In this document: piece by piece, positions 27,411 through 36,073 of the stretch
How positions within the stretch are numbered: position 1 is the first letter of the stretch
Layout of the letters: each line of letters starts with the position of its first letter
Source of the DNA: a virus
Taxonomy: Duplodnaviria > Caudoviricetes
Virus record (IMG/VR): IMGVR_UViG_3300027242_000010
Location: 1-37,584 of that record
DNA length: 37,584 nt
Reading direction: 5' to 3' (one strand)
Program-made: the position numbers and the translations under genes
The notes under the pieces: generated by a model
The model's database searches: none
What the model saw: the letters and a program-made list of their open reading frames with translations, nothing else
What the model was told of the DNA's origin: nothing

Positions 27411-27428
27411 TACCTAAACAACTTACAA

Positions 27429-28013
27429 ATGAAGAAAAATAAAGGAAACGTTGAAGAGTTAGTAGCACTCCGTAACGAATTAGAGACTAAAGTATCAAGC
27501 TTACAAGTTGAATTATCAGAAAAACAATTCGCAGTAGATTTCGAAAGTATGGCAAATCTTACTCGTGTAATGAAACATCTTAATGATGACGTTGCATGGA
27601 GTACTAAAAATGCTGCTCTTCTAGTAAATCTTTCAGATAGTTTAAAAACTGAAAAGCAACGTATTAATGCTGAAGTAGCTCTTGCAAGACAAGAGAAACG
27701 CGAATTAGAAGCAGGTACAGATTCAATTATCAATCTTAGAGCAATCGACCTAAATACATTGTACCAATCTCTTTTAGGAGTACAAAGTTCTGGTATCGAA
27801 TCAGCTCGCAACTACATCAAATTATTAACGAATATCGGTGCTCAAATTTCAGATGCTATGCGCCAAATGGCAGAAGACAATAAACAAGTACAGGCACTTC
27901 ACGCTGAATTAGGAGATTTAGACAAACGTATCACTGAATTCGGAATTCCAGTTGAAACAACATCTAATTCCGTTCCAGCAGAACAAGAATTAGCAGATGA
28001 AACTAGCAAGTAA
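27429..28013 (+). CDS. Coiled-coil hypothetical protein
   Basis: 194 aa, heptad-like E/K/L-rich composition. Confidence 0.75.
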   Translation: MKKNKGNVEELVALRNELETKVSSLQVELSEKQFAVDFESMANLTRVMKHLNDDVAWSTKNAALLVNLSDSLKTEKQRINAEVALARQEKRELEAGTDSIINLRAIDLNTLYQSLLGVQSSGIESARNYIKLLTNIGAQISDAMRQMAEDNKQVQALHAELGDLDKRITEFGIPVETTSNSVPAEQELADETSK

Positions 28014-28533
28014 GTCCAAGAACAGAATAGAATTAGTTGATATAATTTCCGAAGGCATCTCTACACAAGATGTCTTCGGAACTATTAATTATAAAAAGCA
28101 GTCAGAAGATAAAATTAAACAATTTATCTACCCCCACCTAGTGGAATGCTTAGGTAAGTGGTTGGCTGAAAAGAAGGATATGGATTATGCCCTTGCAAAA
28201 GAAAAGGCAAAATCAATTATCAGATGGGAAGGTAACATTAATACTATTATGCACAATATGGTATTTATGGGAACTTCAAATCGTCCTGACATGGCAGTCG
28301 AACATGGTGGAATCAAAATTGCAATTGAATTTAAACGAGGAGAAAAAGGAGCTGATTTAAGAGCTGGATTTGGCCAAAGTTTAATTTATTCAACAGTTTA
28401 TGATTTCATTATTTATATGTTTATTGACTGTTCAGATGACGGTAGAATTAAGAATGCAAAATCTGGTATTTCTGAAGAGAAATTTCTAGAAGATTTATGG
28501 AATAATTTCAATATAAAATTCATAGTAGTATAA
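27997..28533 (+). CDS. PD-(D/E)xK nuclease-fold protein
   Basis: RPDM...IAIEFK followed by GQSLIY (QxxxY). Confidence 0.65.
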   Translation: MKLASKSKNRIELVDIISEGISTQDVFGTINYKKQSEDKIKQFIYPHLVECLGKWLAEKKDMDYALAKEKAKSIIRWEGNINTIMHNMVFMGTSNRPDMAVEHGGIKIAIEFKRGEKGADLRAGFGQSLIYSTVYDFIIYMFIDCSDDGRIKNAKSGISEEKFLEDLWNNFNIKFIVV

Positions 28534-28534
28534 T

Positions 28535-29062
28535 ATGCAGCAAAAAATCTATTTTACAGCAAATCAGCAGTTTGGCCGACCAAGCGCAATCCGTGATTTT
28601 CAACGTCCTTTTGAGAATGTTGAAGACATGAACCTCTCCCTAGAGGAATCATGGAATTCGACTGTAGAAAAAGATGATATTGTTTACGTTCTTGGAAATT
28701 TCGCATGGGATCCAACAACTGCCGAAGACATGTTAAAGCGACTAAATGGAACTATTGTCCTAGTAGAAGGAGAACATGATTCGGCTATTCGAGATTTAAG
28801 CAAACGTAAAGTTATGCCGAAAGATTGCGGATTGGTAGAACCCCTATTCTCTTCTCCAACCGAAAAGATTGCAATTTCATATTGGCCAATGCATGAATGG
28901 CCAGGCAAATCAAAAGGGTATTACCATTTCTTTGGTTTCCCGAATAAAAAATACAAAACTGACCACAAGAAAAAAATGGTCAACGTCGCTTGCGACTTCT
29001 GGGGATACAAACCCAAATCTTTAGATTCTATTATGGATTTATTTAATGACATTGAGACATAA
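28535..29062 (+). CDS. Calcineurin-like phosphoesterase homolog with degenerate active site
   Basis: Scaffold RPF...M...WN.TV..DD.VY.LG, LNG and NV..D.W.Y.P.SL is kept, but the metal ligands are replaced. Confidence 0.75.
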   Translation: MQQKIYFTANQQFGRPSAIRDFQRPFENVEDMNLSLEESWNSTVEKDDIVYVLGNFAWDPTTAEDMLKRLNGTIVLVEGEHDSAIRDLSKRKVMPKDCGLVEPLFSSPTEKIAISYWPMHEWPGKSKGYYHFFGFPNKKYKTDHKKKMVNVACDFWGYKPKSLDSIMDLFNDIET

Positions 29063-29075
29063 CTACTTAGACAAA

Positions 29076-29146
29076 TGTTAATAACTTTTTTAAAATAAAG
29101 TGAAAAAAGTTTTACCGTTTGAAAAATTTTGTTTATATTTACATAT
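29076..29146 (+). promoter_or_regulatory. Early host-type promoter with TGTTAATAAC box, upstream of the sigma gene
   Basis: TGTTAATAAC...GTTTGAAAAATTTTGTTTATATTTACATAT. Confidence 0.72.
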
Positions 29147-29167
29147 CATTAATTAAAACATACATAC

Positions 29168-29806
29168 ATGACTAAGATCGCAAAACCAAATTACAGAGAA
29201 TTAACAGAAAACTTTTTAGAAACTCGTTCTGAAAAAGATTACACAAACCTTTATCGTAAGGTTAAACCAGGTCTTAGATCTTATATTGGTAAAATCGTTA
29301 AAGATGCCGATGCAACTGAAGATATTTTAGTTAATACTTTGACTAAAATGTGGACTAAAATCGATCAATACGATCCACAGTATCAAATCACAACTTGGTT
29401 ATATCGTATTGCTTTTAATGAGTGCTTAGGATTCATCAACGAACGTAATAAGAAAACTTCTCTAACCCGCCTTCAAGAGTATGGTTTAGAAGTTAATGAT
29501 GGTGGTACTGTCGCAATCGAAACGATCGGATCCCTAGTTGAAGACATGGATTTTAAAACTGAAATGGACTTATGGGAAGAAGATAACGAATTACAAGCTC
29601 GTTATGAATCTTGCCTAAGAGCAATGGAACAATTAAAACCAATCTACCGCGATATCGTAGTTGATCGTTTAATCAACAAGGTTAAATACGAAGACCTAGC
29701 CGATAAGTACAAATTGCCTCTACAAACTATTAAAAACCGTATTCGACGTGGTAAGTCTCTTATCGCAGAATCGATCGGTCAAAAAATAGTAGAAAACAAT
29801 GACTAA
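29168..29806 (+). CDS. RNA polymerase sigma factor, ECF (group 4) type
   Basis: Region 2: EDIL..T..K.W..I..YD....TTWLYRIA.N.C; region 4: L....R...Y..LA....PL.TIKNRIRRGK. Confidence 0.9.
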   Translation: MTKIAKPNYRELTENFLETRSEKDYTNLYRKVKPGLRSYIGKIVKDADATEDILVNTLTKMWTKIDQYDPQYQITTWLYRIAFNECLGFINERNKKTSLTRLQEYGLEVNDGGTVAIETIGSLVEDMDFKTEMDLWEEDNELQARYESCLRAMEQLKPIYRDIVVDRLINKVKYEDLADKYKLPLQTIKNRIRRGKSLIAESIGQKIVENND

Positions 29807-30050
29807 TCCTGACGATAAGAAGGGTAATAAAATTCCGGTAATAGTAGTTTATCGAGTTTCTGAAAGAGCGAAAACTGCGAAAATGGTAGTATTTATGAAT
29901 CATCTAGTAGATGATATTATTTCTACAGAAAAACGGAAACCATTATTACCCTATGCTTATGTCTTTGATGAGGTCGGTATTGGCGGAGAAACCCTAATTG
30001 CCTTTTATAAAAAGAAGTATAAAATCAAAACTCATGAAATAGTTAATTGA
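29799..30050 (+). CDS. Hypothetical protein
   Basis: 83-aa ORF overlapping the sigma stop. Confidence 0.65.
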   Translation: MTNPDDKKGNKIPVIVVYRVSERAKTAKMVVFMNHLVDDIISTEKRKPLLPYAYVFDEVGIGGETLIAFYKKKYKIKTHEIVN

Positions 30051-30087
30051 TTTAAAGAAATATATAAAAGAAAAGATTCGGTTTGTA

Positions 30088-32175
30088 ATGCCAAACAAAT
30101 TCAAGTACAATAAGACCGGAGCCGAAGCTAATTCTATCTTTAAAGGAAACTGGGCAATTGATAATACTCCAATAAATGTAGGCGGTGGACCAAGTTCATC
30201 AACTGGTTTCTACAACGGCGCCAATATTCCAGCCGGTGGATATGCAATATACAGCCCTACCTCAGTTTTTATTGCAAACAATGATGCCGAGCTGGTTGGT
30301 AAAATTAATAGTTTAGGTGCTAACGTAACAGGCGCTAGTCAAGCATTAACTTGGGCAGCAGGTCAATCAACACTGACGGTGCTAAGCAAACCAATTGATA
30401 ATATAGTAACAAGTGGCCTAGTCTTAAACGTCGATGCTTCACAAGTTTCTAGTTTTAACGATAGTCAACCAACTACTAATAAGGTTACTAATGCAGCTAC
30501 TTTTAATGGAGGTTGGGCATCTTATAGTAATGGAAACGACGGGACATTTACTACTCAATTTGGTACAACTGGATATCGAATGATTAATAGAGGTTCTTGG
30601 AATGGAGTATATCAAAACTTTGATGTAGGTGCTGCGGGAACTTACACGTTCTCAGCATGGATCAAGTACCTAGGAAATGCAGCACCAGTTACCGGAGGAG
30701 CAGTTTACGTAAGTAATTACGGAGCAGGAGACACTGCATCAGCAGTAAATAAAAGTTTAATAGGAATATGGCAGCGAGTTACTATAACCGTAAATGTTAC
30801 CTTACCTGGCAATGTATATTTTTACTTAATCTCTTGGGGAGGTACATACGGTGGAGATAACCATAGTTGGGAAGTAACAATGCCTCAAATAGAATCAGGC
30901 AGTACCGCAACACCTTTTATAAACGGTACTAGATCGCAAACAACAACATGTTATGATTTATCAGGTAATGGTAATGCTGTAACCTTAGTAAATGGTGTTA
31001 CTACAGATTCAAATAAAGGTCTTTCCTTCGATGGTGTTAACGACTATGGTGTATTAAACACTTTTAGTGAAAAACCAACAACCGCAATCACGTGTGAATC
31101 TTTAATTAAACCAATGAAAGGTACCCTTAGTGGTACAATCAGAGGTGGTGCAATTTCCTCTAGCAATTCAATGTATCTTGGTATCATAGATTCAGTCGAT
31201 GGCGGATCTACACATGCAATGCATTGGGCTAATCAAACAAACGCATCTAGACTATACAATTGGAATGGTAGTGTTCCAAATAACAGATGGTCTCATTTAG
31301 TCGGTACATACGATGGAGCAACCGCTAAAGCATATGTTAACGGTGTTTTGATTTCATCATGGGCTCAAACTGGAACTATACCAGACGCAACATATTATAT
31401 TGGAACATACGGAGGTACTGTAGTTGATGTAACTCATAATTTTGATGGTAATATCGAGACTGCAAGAATTTATAGTAGAGGATTAACCTCAACAGAAATT
31501 TCTCAAAATTATTATAATGGTCCAATTGTAACAAGTGGATTAACACTTGCTTTAGATGCTGGTAATTTAGTTTCTTATGAAAGTGGTTCTGTTACTTCAT
31601 ATGATTTATCAGGTAATAACAATACTGGTACTTTAGTTAATGGTGTTGGGTATAATACAGGAAATGGTGGAAGTTGGACATTTGACGGTGTTGATGATTA
31701 TATTAATATACCTCATAGCAGTTCTATAGCTCCATCTACCGGTTACATAAGCGTAGAAGCAATATTTAAAGCATCTTCGGCCGGAGGTTTGCATAATAGC
31801 ATAATATACAATAAAGAAAATGAATATGAAATGTCTGCCGGTGGTGGATATATTTCTTATGCTTTTAGACCAAACTGGGCTTGGGTAGGAAATACAGCGT
31901 TTAACACAAATCAATGGTATCATACAATGTTAACTTACGATCAACAATATCAAAGATTATACATTAATGGAGTTGAAGTATATAGTGCTGCTCTATCAGG
32001 AGCCATTGGAAATGTGTATTCGAATGATTTAAGAATTGGAGCAAGAGGAGCACCAGGAGCTCCTGGAAGTCTTTTTAATGGATCGATACCGGTGGTTAAA
32101 GTATATAATAGAGCACTTACAGCAGATGAAGTAACACAAAATTTCAGTGCTCAACGAAATAGATTTGGAATATAA
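30088..32175 (+). CDS. LamG/ConA-like virion (fiber or adhesin) protein, paralog 1, two LamG domains
   Basis: Two sets of FDGV.DY, W.H...TYD, Y.NG and Y.R.LT..E..QN motifs. Confidence 0.8.
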   Translation: MPNKFKYNKTGAEANSIFKGNWAIDNTPINVGGGPSSSTGFYNGANIPAGGYAIYSPTSVFIANNDAELVGKINSLGANVTGASQALTWAAGQSTLTVLSKPIDNIVTSGLVLNVDASQVSSFNDSQPTTNKVTNAATFNGGWASYSNGNDGTFTTQFGTTGYRMINRGSWNGVYQNFDVGAAGTYTFSAWIKYLGNAAPVTGGAVYVSNYGAGDTASAVNKSLIGIWQRVTITVNVTLPGNVYFYLISWGGTYGGDNHSWEVTMPQIESGSTATPFINGTRSQTTTCYDLSGNGNAVTLVNGVTTDSNKGLSFDGVNDYGVLNTFSEKPTTAITCESLIKPMKGTLSGTIRGGAISSSNSMYLGIIDSVDGGSTHAMHWANQTNASRLYNWNGSVPNNRWSHLVGTYDGATAKAYVNGVLISSWAQTGTIPDATYYIGTYGGTVVDVTHNFDGNIETARIYSRGLTSTEISQNYYNGPIVTSGLTLALDAGNLVSYESGSVTSYDLSGNNNTGTLVNGVGYNTGNGGSWTFDGVDDYINIPHSSSIAPSTGYISVEAIFKASSAGGLHNSIIYNKENEYEMSAGGGYISYAFRPNWAWVGNTAFNTNQWYHTMLTYDQQYQRLYINGVEVYSAALSGAIGNVYSNDLRIGARGAPGAPGSLFNGSIPVVKVYNRALTADEVTQNFSAQRNRFGI

Positions 32176-32184
32176 AATATTGTA

Positions 32185-33567
32185 ATGGCAAACAAATTCA
32201 AGTATAATAAGACTGGAGCCGAAGCTAATTCTATCTTTAAAGGCAATTGGGCGATTGATAATACTCCAGTAAATTCAGGAGGTGGACCAAGTTCAGTAAC
32301 AAGTTTTTATCATGGTGCCAACGTACCAGCCGGAGGATATTCAATATACAACAACGGTACGGTTTTTACAGCAGCAAGCGATACTCAATTACTTGGTAAA
32401 GTTGCTCAACTAGGTGGAGATACTGGTAGCGTTAATGCTGCGCTACAGTGGTTGTCAACTCAATCTAATTGCGTTGTCTTAAATAAGGATTTTGAAAATA
32501 TAGTAACTGATGGATTAATATTAAATCTTGATGCTTCATACCTTTCCAGTTATGTCGATAACCAACCAACTGTAAATTTACTATATAGTGCCGGAGCTTA
32601 TAACTTAATAAGCGGTGCCGGAGACATCTACGGAAGATGTACTAAAACAGACTTAGGAGGTGGTAAATTTAGATTCGTAAATAACGGTAGTGGAGACAGC
32701 ACTATCAGGGTATATACTAACCAAGCTGATCTTATCGCTGGAGCAACTTATGCATGCAGTGTTTATTTTGAAAATTTATATGGAAGTTTATCAATTGATT
32801 GGTGCGATGTTGGAATAACAGGTACTAATTCTTCAACAAGTCCATCAGGAAGATTAGGAGGTTACTCATCTCGCGCAACATACGACGGACCTTATTATTT
32901 CTTAGATATTAATCTTTCAACAAGAGGAGAAGTAACTCTATTTAATCCTCAAGTAGAATATAAATCTTATGTTACTGCATTCGTAAATGGCACAAGAACA
33001 CAAAATACTACATGGTATGATTTAAGTTTAAATCCAACTAATACATCGATACCAGCAGGCGCATATTCTAATAACACAATAAATTATATTAATAATTCAT
33101 CAGCTATAGGACCTGTATCATCTGCAGGAGCTTATAATAATACAATGGAATGTTGGTTTTATGTTCCGAGCGGAGGATCTTATGCTGGATGTTGTCAAAC
33201 TATTTTTGGAACTTATTGGTTTAGAACATTTTTAATAGGACAAGGGCTATACACTATGATAGGATTTTGGACAGGTTCAACTTACACGTATCAGCACCCG
33301 GCTTTTGGTATTTCATACGATGCATGGCATTGCGCAGTAGGAGTAAGAAGGGACAATAGGTATCTTATTTGGATTGATGGAGTCGAGATGTATAACGGTG
33401 ATTTTGGCAGTGGACTATCTCTTTATGATGCTGTAGGATCATGGAGTATAAGTGATCCTTCTCATTCTAATATCAAGGTGGCTGCAGCTAGAGTGTATAA
33501 TCGCGGTTTAACAGACTCTGAAATATTACAAAATTACAACTCAACTAAAACAAGATTTGGATTATGA
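32185..33567 (+). CDS. LamG/ConA-like virion protein, paralog 2
   Basis: Shared N-terminus NKFKYNKTGAE.NSIFKGNWAID; C-terminus VYNRGLTDSEILQNY. Confidence 0.8.
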   Translation: MANKFKYNKTGAEANSIFKGNWAIDNTPVNSGGGPSSVTSFYHGANVPAGGYSIYNNGTVFTAASDTQLLGKVAQLGGDTGSVNAALQWLSTQSNCVVLNKDFENIVTDGLILNLDASYLSSYVDNQPTVNLLYSAGAYNLISGAGDIYGRCTKTDLGGGKFRFVNNGSGDSTIRVYTNQADLIAGATYACSVYFENLYGSLSIDWCDVGITGTNSSTSPSGRLGGYSSRATYDGPYYFLDINLSTRGEVTLFNPQVEYKSYVTAFVNGTRTQNTTWYDLSLNPTNTSIPAGAYSNNTINYINNSSAIGPVSSAGAYNNTMECWFYVPSGGSYAGCCQTIFGTYWFRTFLIGQGLYTMIGFWTGSTYTYQHPAFGISYDAWHCAVGVRRDNRYLIWIDGVEMYNGDFGSGLSLYDAVGSWSISDPSHSNIKVAAARVYNRGLTDSEILQNYNSTKTRFGL

Positions 33568-33725
33568 CCTTTAGAATTATAGAAATAGAACCTGATAAAA
33601 TCGGAGACTGTATTTTAAATGCGTTTAAATATATGGTGGAAGAAGTAGAAAGCGCAACACGATGGTTTGGCGCAAATACTTACGAAGAATGCGAAAATTG
33701 GATAAAAAATTATAAAGTATTATAA
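33564..33725 (+). CDS. Small hypothetical protein (53 aa, MTFRIIEIE...WIKNYKVL)
   Basis: Translated by hand. ATGA overlap upstream and TAATG overlap downstream fill the gap exactly. Confidence 0.65.
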   Translation: MTFRIIEIEPDKIGDCILNAFKYMVEEVESATRWFGANTYEECENWIKNYKVL

Positions 33726-35602
33726 TGCCGAATAAATTTAAATATAATAAGACTGGAGCCGAAACCAATTCTATCTTTAAAGGTAATTGGGCAATCGACA
33801 CAACTGACAATAATATTGGAGATGGCCCAAGCTCGGTAACAGGTTTCTACAATGGCGCTAGTATTCCAGCTGGAGGTTACACAATCTACAGTCCTACTGT
33901 TGTTTATGCTGCGGCAAACGATACACAATTACTCGGTAAACTTAATGCTTTAGGTGCTAATTCTCCTAGTGCTAGTGCTGCATTAAATTGGGCAGCAGGT
34001 CAATCAAATATTGCAGTGTTAAATAGCCCAATTGAAAATATAGTCACAAACGGCTTAATATTAAATCTTGATGCTGAACATGTTTCTAGTTTTGTTAATA
34101 ATGAACCAACAACTAATTTAATTCCTAACCCAACGATTAACGCGTATCCTACAATAGGAAATGGATGGGGTACATATAATACAAACCAATACTGCGGAAA
34201 TAATGGTTGTGCAGTATACTGGGATATACCTGCAATCTCTTCTGTTTCTGATAATATCGTAACAACATCAAGTGCTCATCCAATTAGATCTTTTGATGTG
34301 ATTAACCCTCAAACAACCGGAGGAGGAGTAAACGCAGGTCAACAATATTTTGCTAAAAAAATCTCAGATACACAATTTAGTTTACATGATTATAATAGTT
34401 CGCAAGATGGATCTCAAGGATATTTGAATCCTTCAACCGGAAGATTTAAAGTGCATGACTCATTTTACCTAGATCAGCGAGTTGCCGTTAACGCATCTTC
34501 TTTTCCTACAAAATGGTTTGGAAATCCTCATCAGCCTAATTCAGGGTTAGTTAAAGAGGTTATATCAGGCGGATTTAATGTTCCCGGACACACAGTAACC
34601 GACTGTCTACGACAACATGTGTTTCGAGCAGACGGTGTTGCTGATCACATGGCGTACAGTGTAGATGCGGCGTTTACTCCAAACGTTACAGTTACTGCAT
34701 CGTTTTGGGCAAAATCAGTTACCGCGGGTGCAGTTGGACAAAGTATAAATTTCTATCACTATACATACGGACAAACTAGTCCAACTGCATACGCAATGGG
34801 AGCTACACTTGGAGCAGTTGGAGTTTGGCAAAGATACAGTTATCAATTTACTTCACCAAATAGTAATGCAATATCTTATTGGTTTAATCCAGGCGGGCCG
34901 TACTCTTATGATATTGCAAATATTCAAATTGAACAACAATCTGCAGTAACTCCATTTGTCACAGGTTCAAGATCGCAAAATACAACATGGTATGATTTAA
35001 CCGGTAATGGTCACCATGCTACTTTATACAACGGAGCTAGATTCGGGTTAACAGCAGGAGTAAAATCAATAATTTGCGATGGTATTGATGACTGGATTGG
35101 AAATACTACCTTAACCGGAGGACATTCTAATTTTACTTTAGAATTAATGTTCTACCATAATGGCACAGATCAAGGAGGATCTTATGGAATTTTATCTATG
35201 GGAGCTAATGGTAATTATGGCCCAATGTTTTATTGTCATACATCATGTATGGGTTCTCACTACTTTCCTGGTAGTCCTAGCGGAGATTATCCTGGTGGAA
35301 TGGGTTCCTGGACAAATAATGCGTGGAATTTATTTACATGGGTGTTTACTGATACTGTACCTGATATCAACGGAAGTTTAAAAACATACGTAAATGGTGT
35401 ATACGTAGATGGAAATTCTAGTTTTAATTTTCACAATGGCGGAATGGGCAGAGGTAGCAATGGTTATGGGTTAAGTACATATTCCTCCGGAGGAAATCCA
35501 TATAAAGGGTCCTTTTCACAATTTAGAGTTTATAATAGAGCACTCTCAGCAGCTGAAGTATTACAAAACTTTAATGCAAATAAAACTAGATATGGTTTAT
35601 AA
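33725..35602 (+). CDS. LamG/ConA-like virion protein, paralog 3
   Basis: Same N- and C-terminal motifs, with a longer central insert. Confidence 0.8.
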   Translation: MPNKFKYNKTGAETNSIFKGNWAIDTTDNNIGDGPSSVTGFYNGASIPAGGYTIYSPTVVYAAANDTQLLGKLNALGANSPSASAALNWAAGQSNIAVLNSPIENIVTNGLILNLDAEHVSSFVNNEPTTNLIPNPTINAYPTIGNGWGTYNTNQYCGNNGCAVYWDIPAISSVSDNIVTTSSAHPIRSFDVINPQTTGGGVNAGQQYFAKKISDTQFSLHDYNSSQDGSQGYLNPSTGRFKVHDSFYLDQRVAVNASSFPTKWFGNPHQPNSGLVKEVISGGFNVPGHTVTDCLRQHVFRADGVADHMAYSVDAAFTPNVTVTASFWAKSVTAGAVGQSINFYHYTYGQTSPTAYAMGATLGAVGVWQRYSYQFTSPNSNAISYWFNPGGPYSYDIANIQIEQQSAVTPFVTGSRSQNTTWYDLTGNGHHATLYNGARFGLTAGVKSIICDGIDDWIGNTTLTGGHSNFTLELMFYHNGTDQGGSYGILSMGANGNYGPMFYCHTSCMGSHYFPGSPSGDYPGGMGSWTNNAWNLFTWVFTDTVPDINGSLKTYVNGVYVDGNSSFNFHNGGMGRGSNGYGLSTYSSGGNPYKGSFSQFRVYNRALSAAEVLQNFNANKTRYGL

Positions 35603-35620
35603 AAAATAATTTAATACAAT

Positions 35621-35995
35621 ATGGAAAACAGACAATACATGATTTTTAGCCTTACTGAGGTTGACACAATCGATTTTAATGAAGTACTACAAACTTCAGC
35701 TGAAACACTTAGAAAATCTAATGATGGTACCAAATCATTCGTGAAATGGGAAAGCAAGATGGTTGCAAATTCTATTGATTCGTCATTAATGATACCAGCA
35801 CTAGATGAAAATGGACAAATATCAGAAATAGAATCTCTACCATCTGTGTCATTGGTAGAAACTACTCCGGAACTCTATATTCCAGAGAGCGTTAAGGCTC
35901 TTACAACAAAAGAAGGCCCTTACTCACACGAAGAGATTCTTTTAATACTTACAGGTTCTAATTGGATAGATCTAGACACAGATCCTACTGCGTAA
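35621..35995 (+). CDS. Acidic hypothetical protein (possible fiber-associated chaperone)
   Basis: 124-aa ORF directly after the LamG cluster; function inferred from position only. Confidence 0.6.
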   Translation: MENRQYMIFSLTEVDTIDFNEVLQTSAETLRKSNDGTKSFVKWESKMVANSIDSSLMIPALDENGQISEIESLPSVSLVETTPELYIPESVKALTTKEGPYSHEEILLILTGSNWIDLDTDPTA

Positions 35996-36015
35996 AACTT
36001 TTTTAAAAAGTTTTG

Positions 36016-36041
36016 AAACAATAATTTAAACGTTAGTATAA
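36016..36041 (+). promoter_or_regulatory. Putative middle promoter AAAC-N17-TATAA
   Basis: AAAC 36016-36019 and TATAA 36037-36041. Confidence 0.6.
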
Positions 36042-36073
36042 GTAGTATAATTTATAATTTAACAAAATCAATT

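Noticed and set aside
30088-35602. Diversity-generating retroelement acting on the LamG genes
   Set aside because: No reverse transcriptase and no non-coding template repeat; paralog differences are not adenine-specific.
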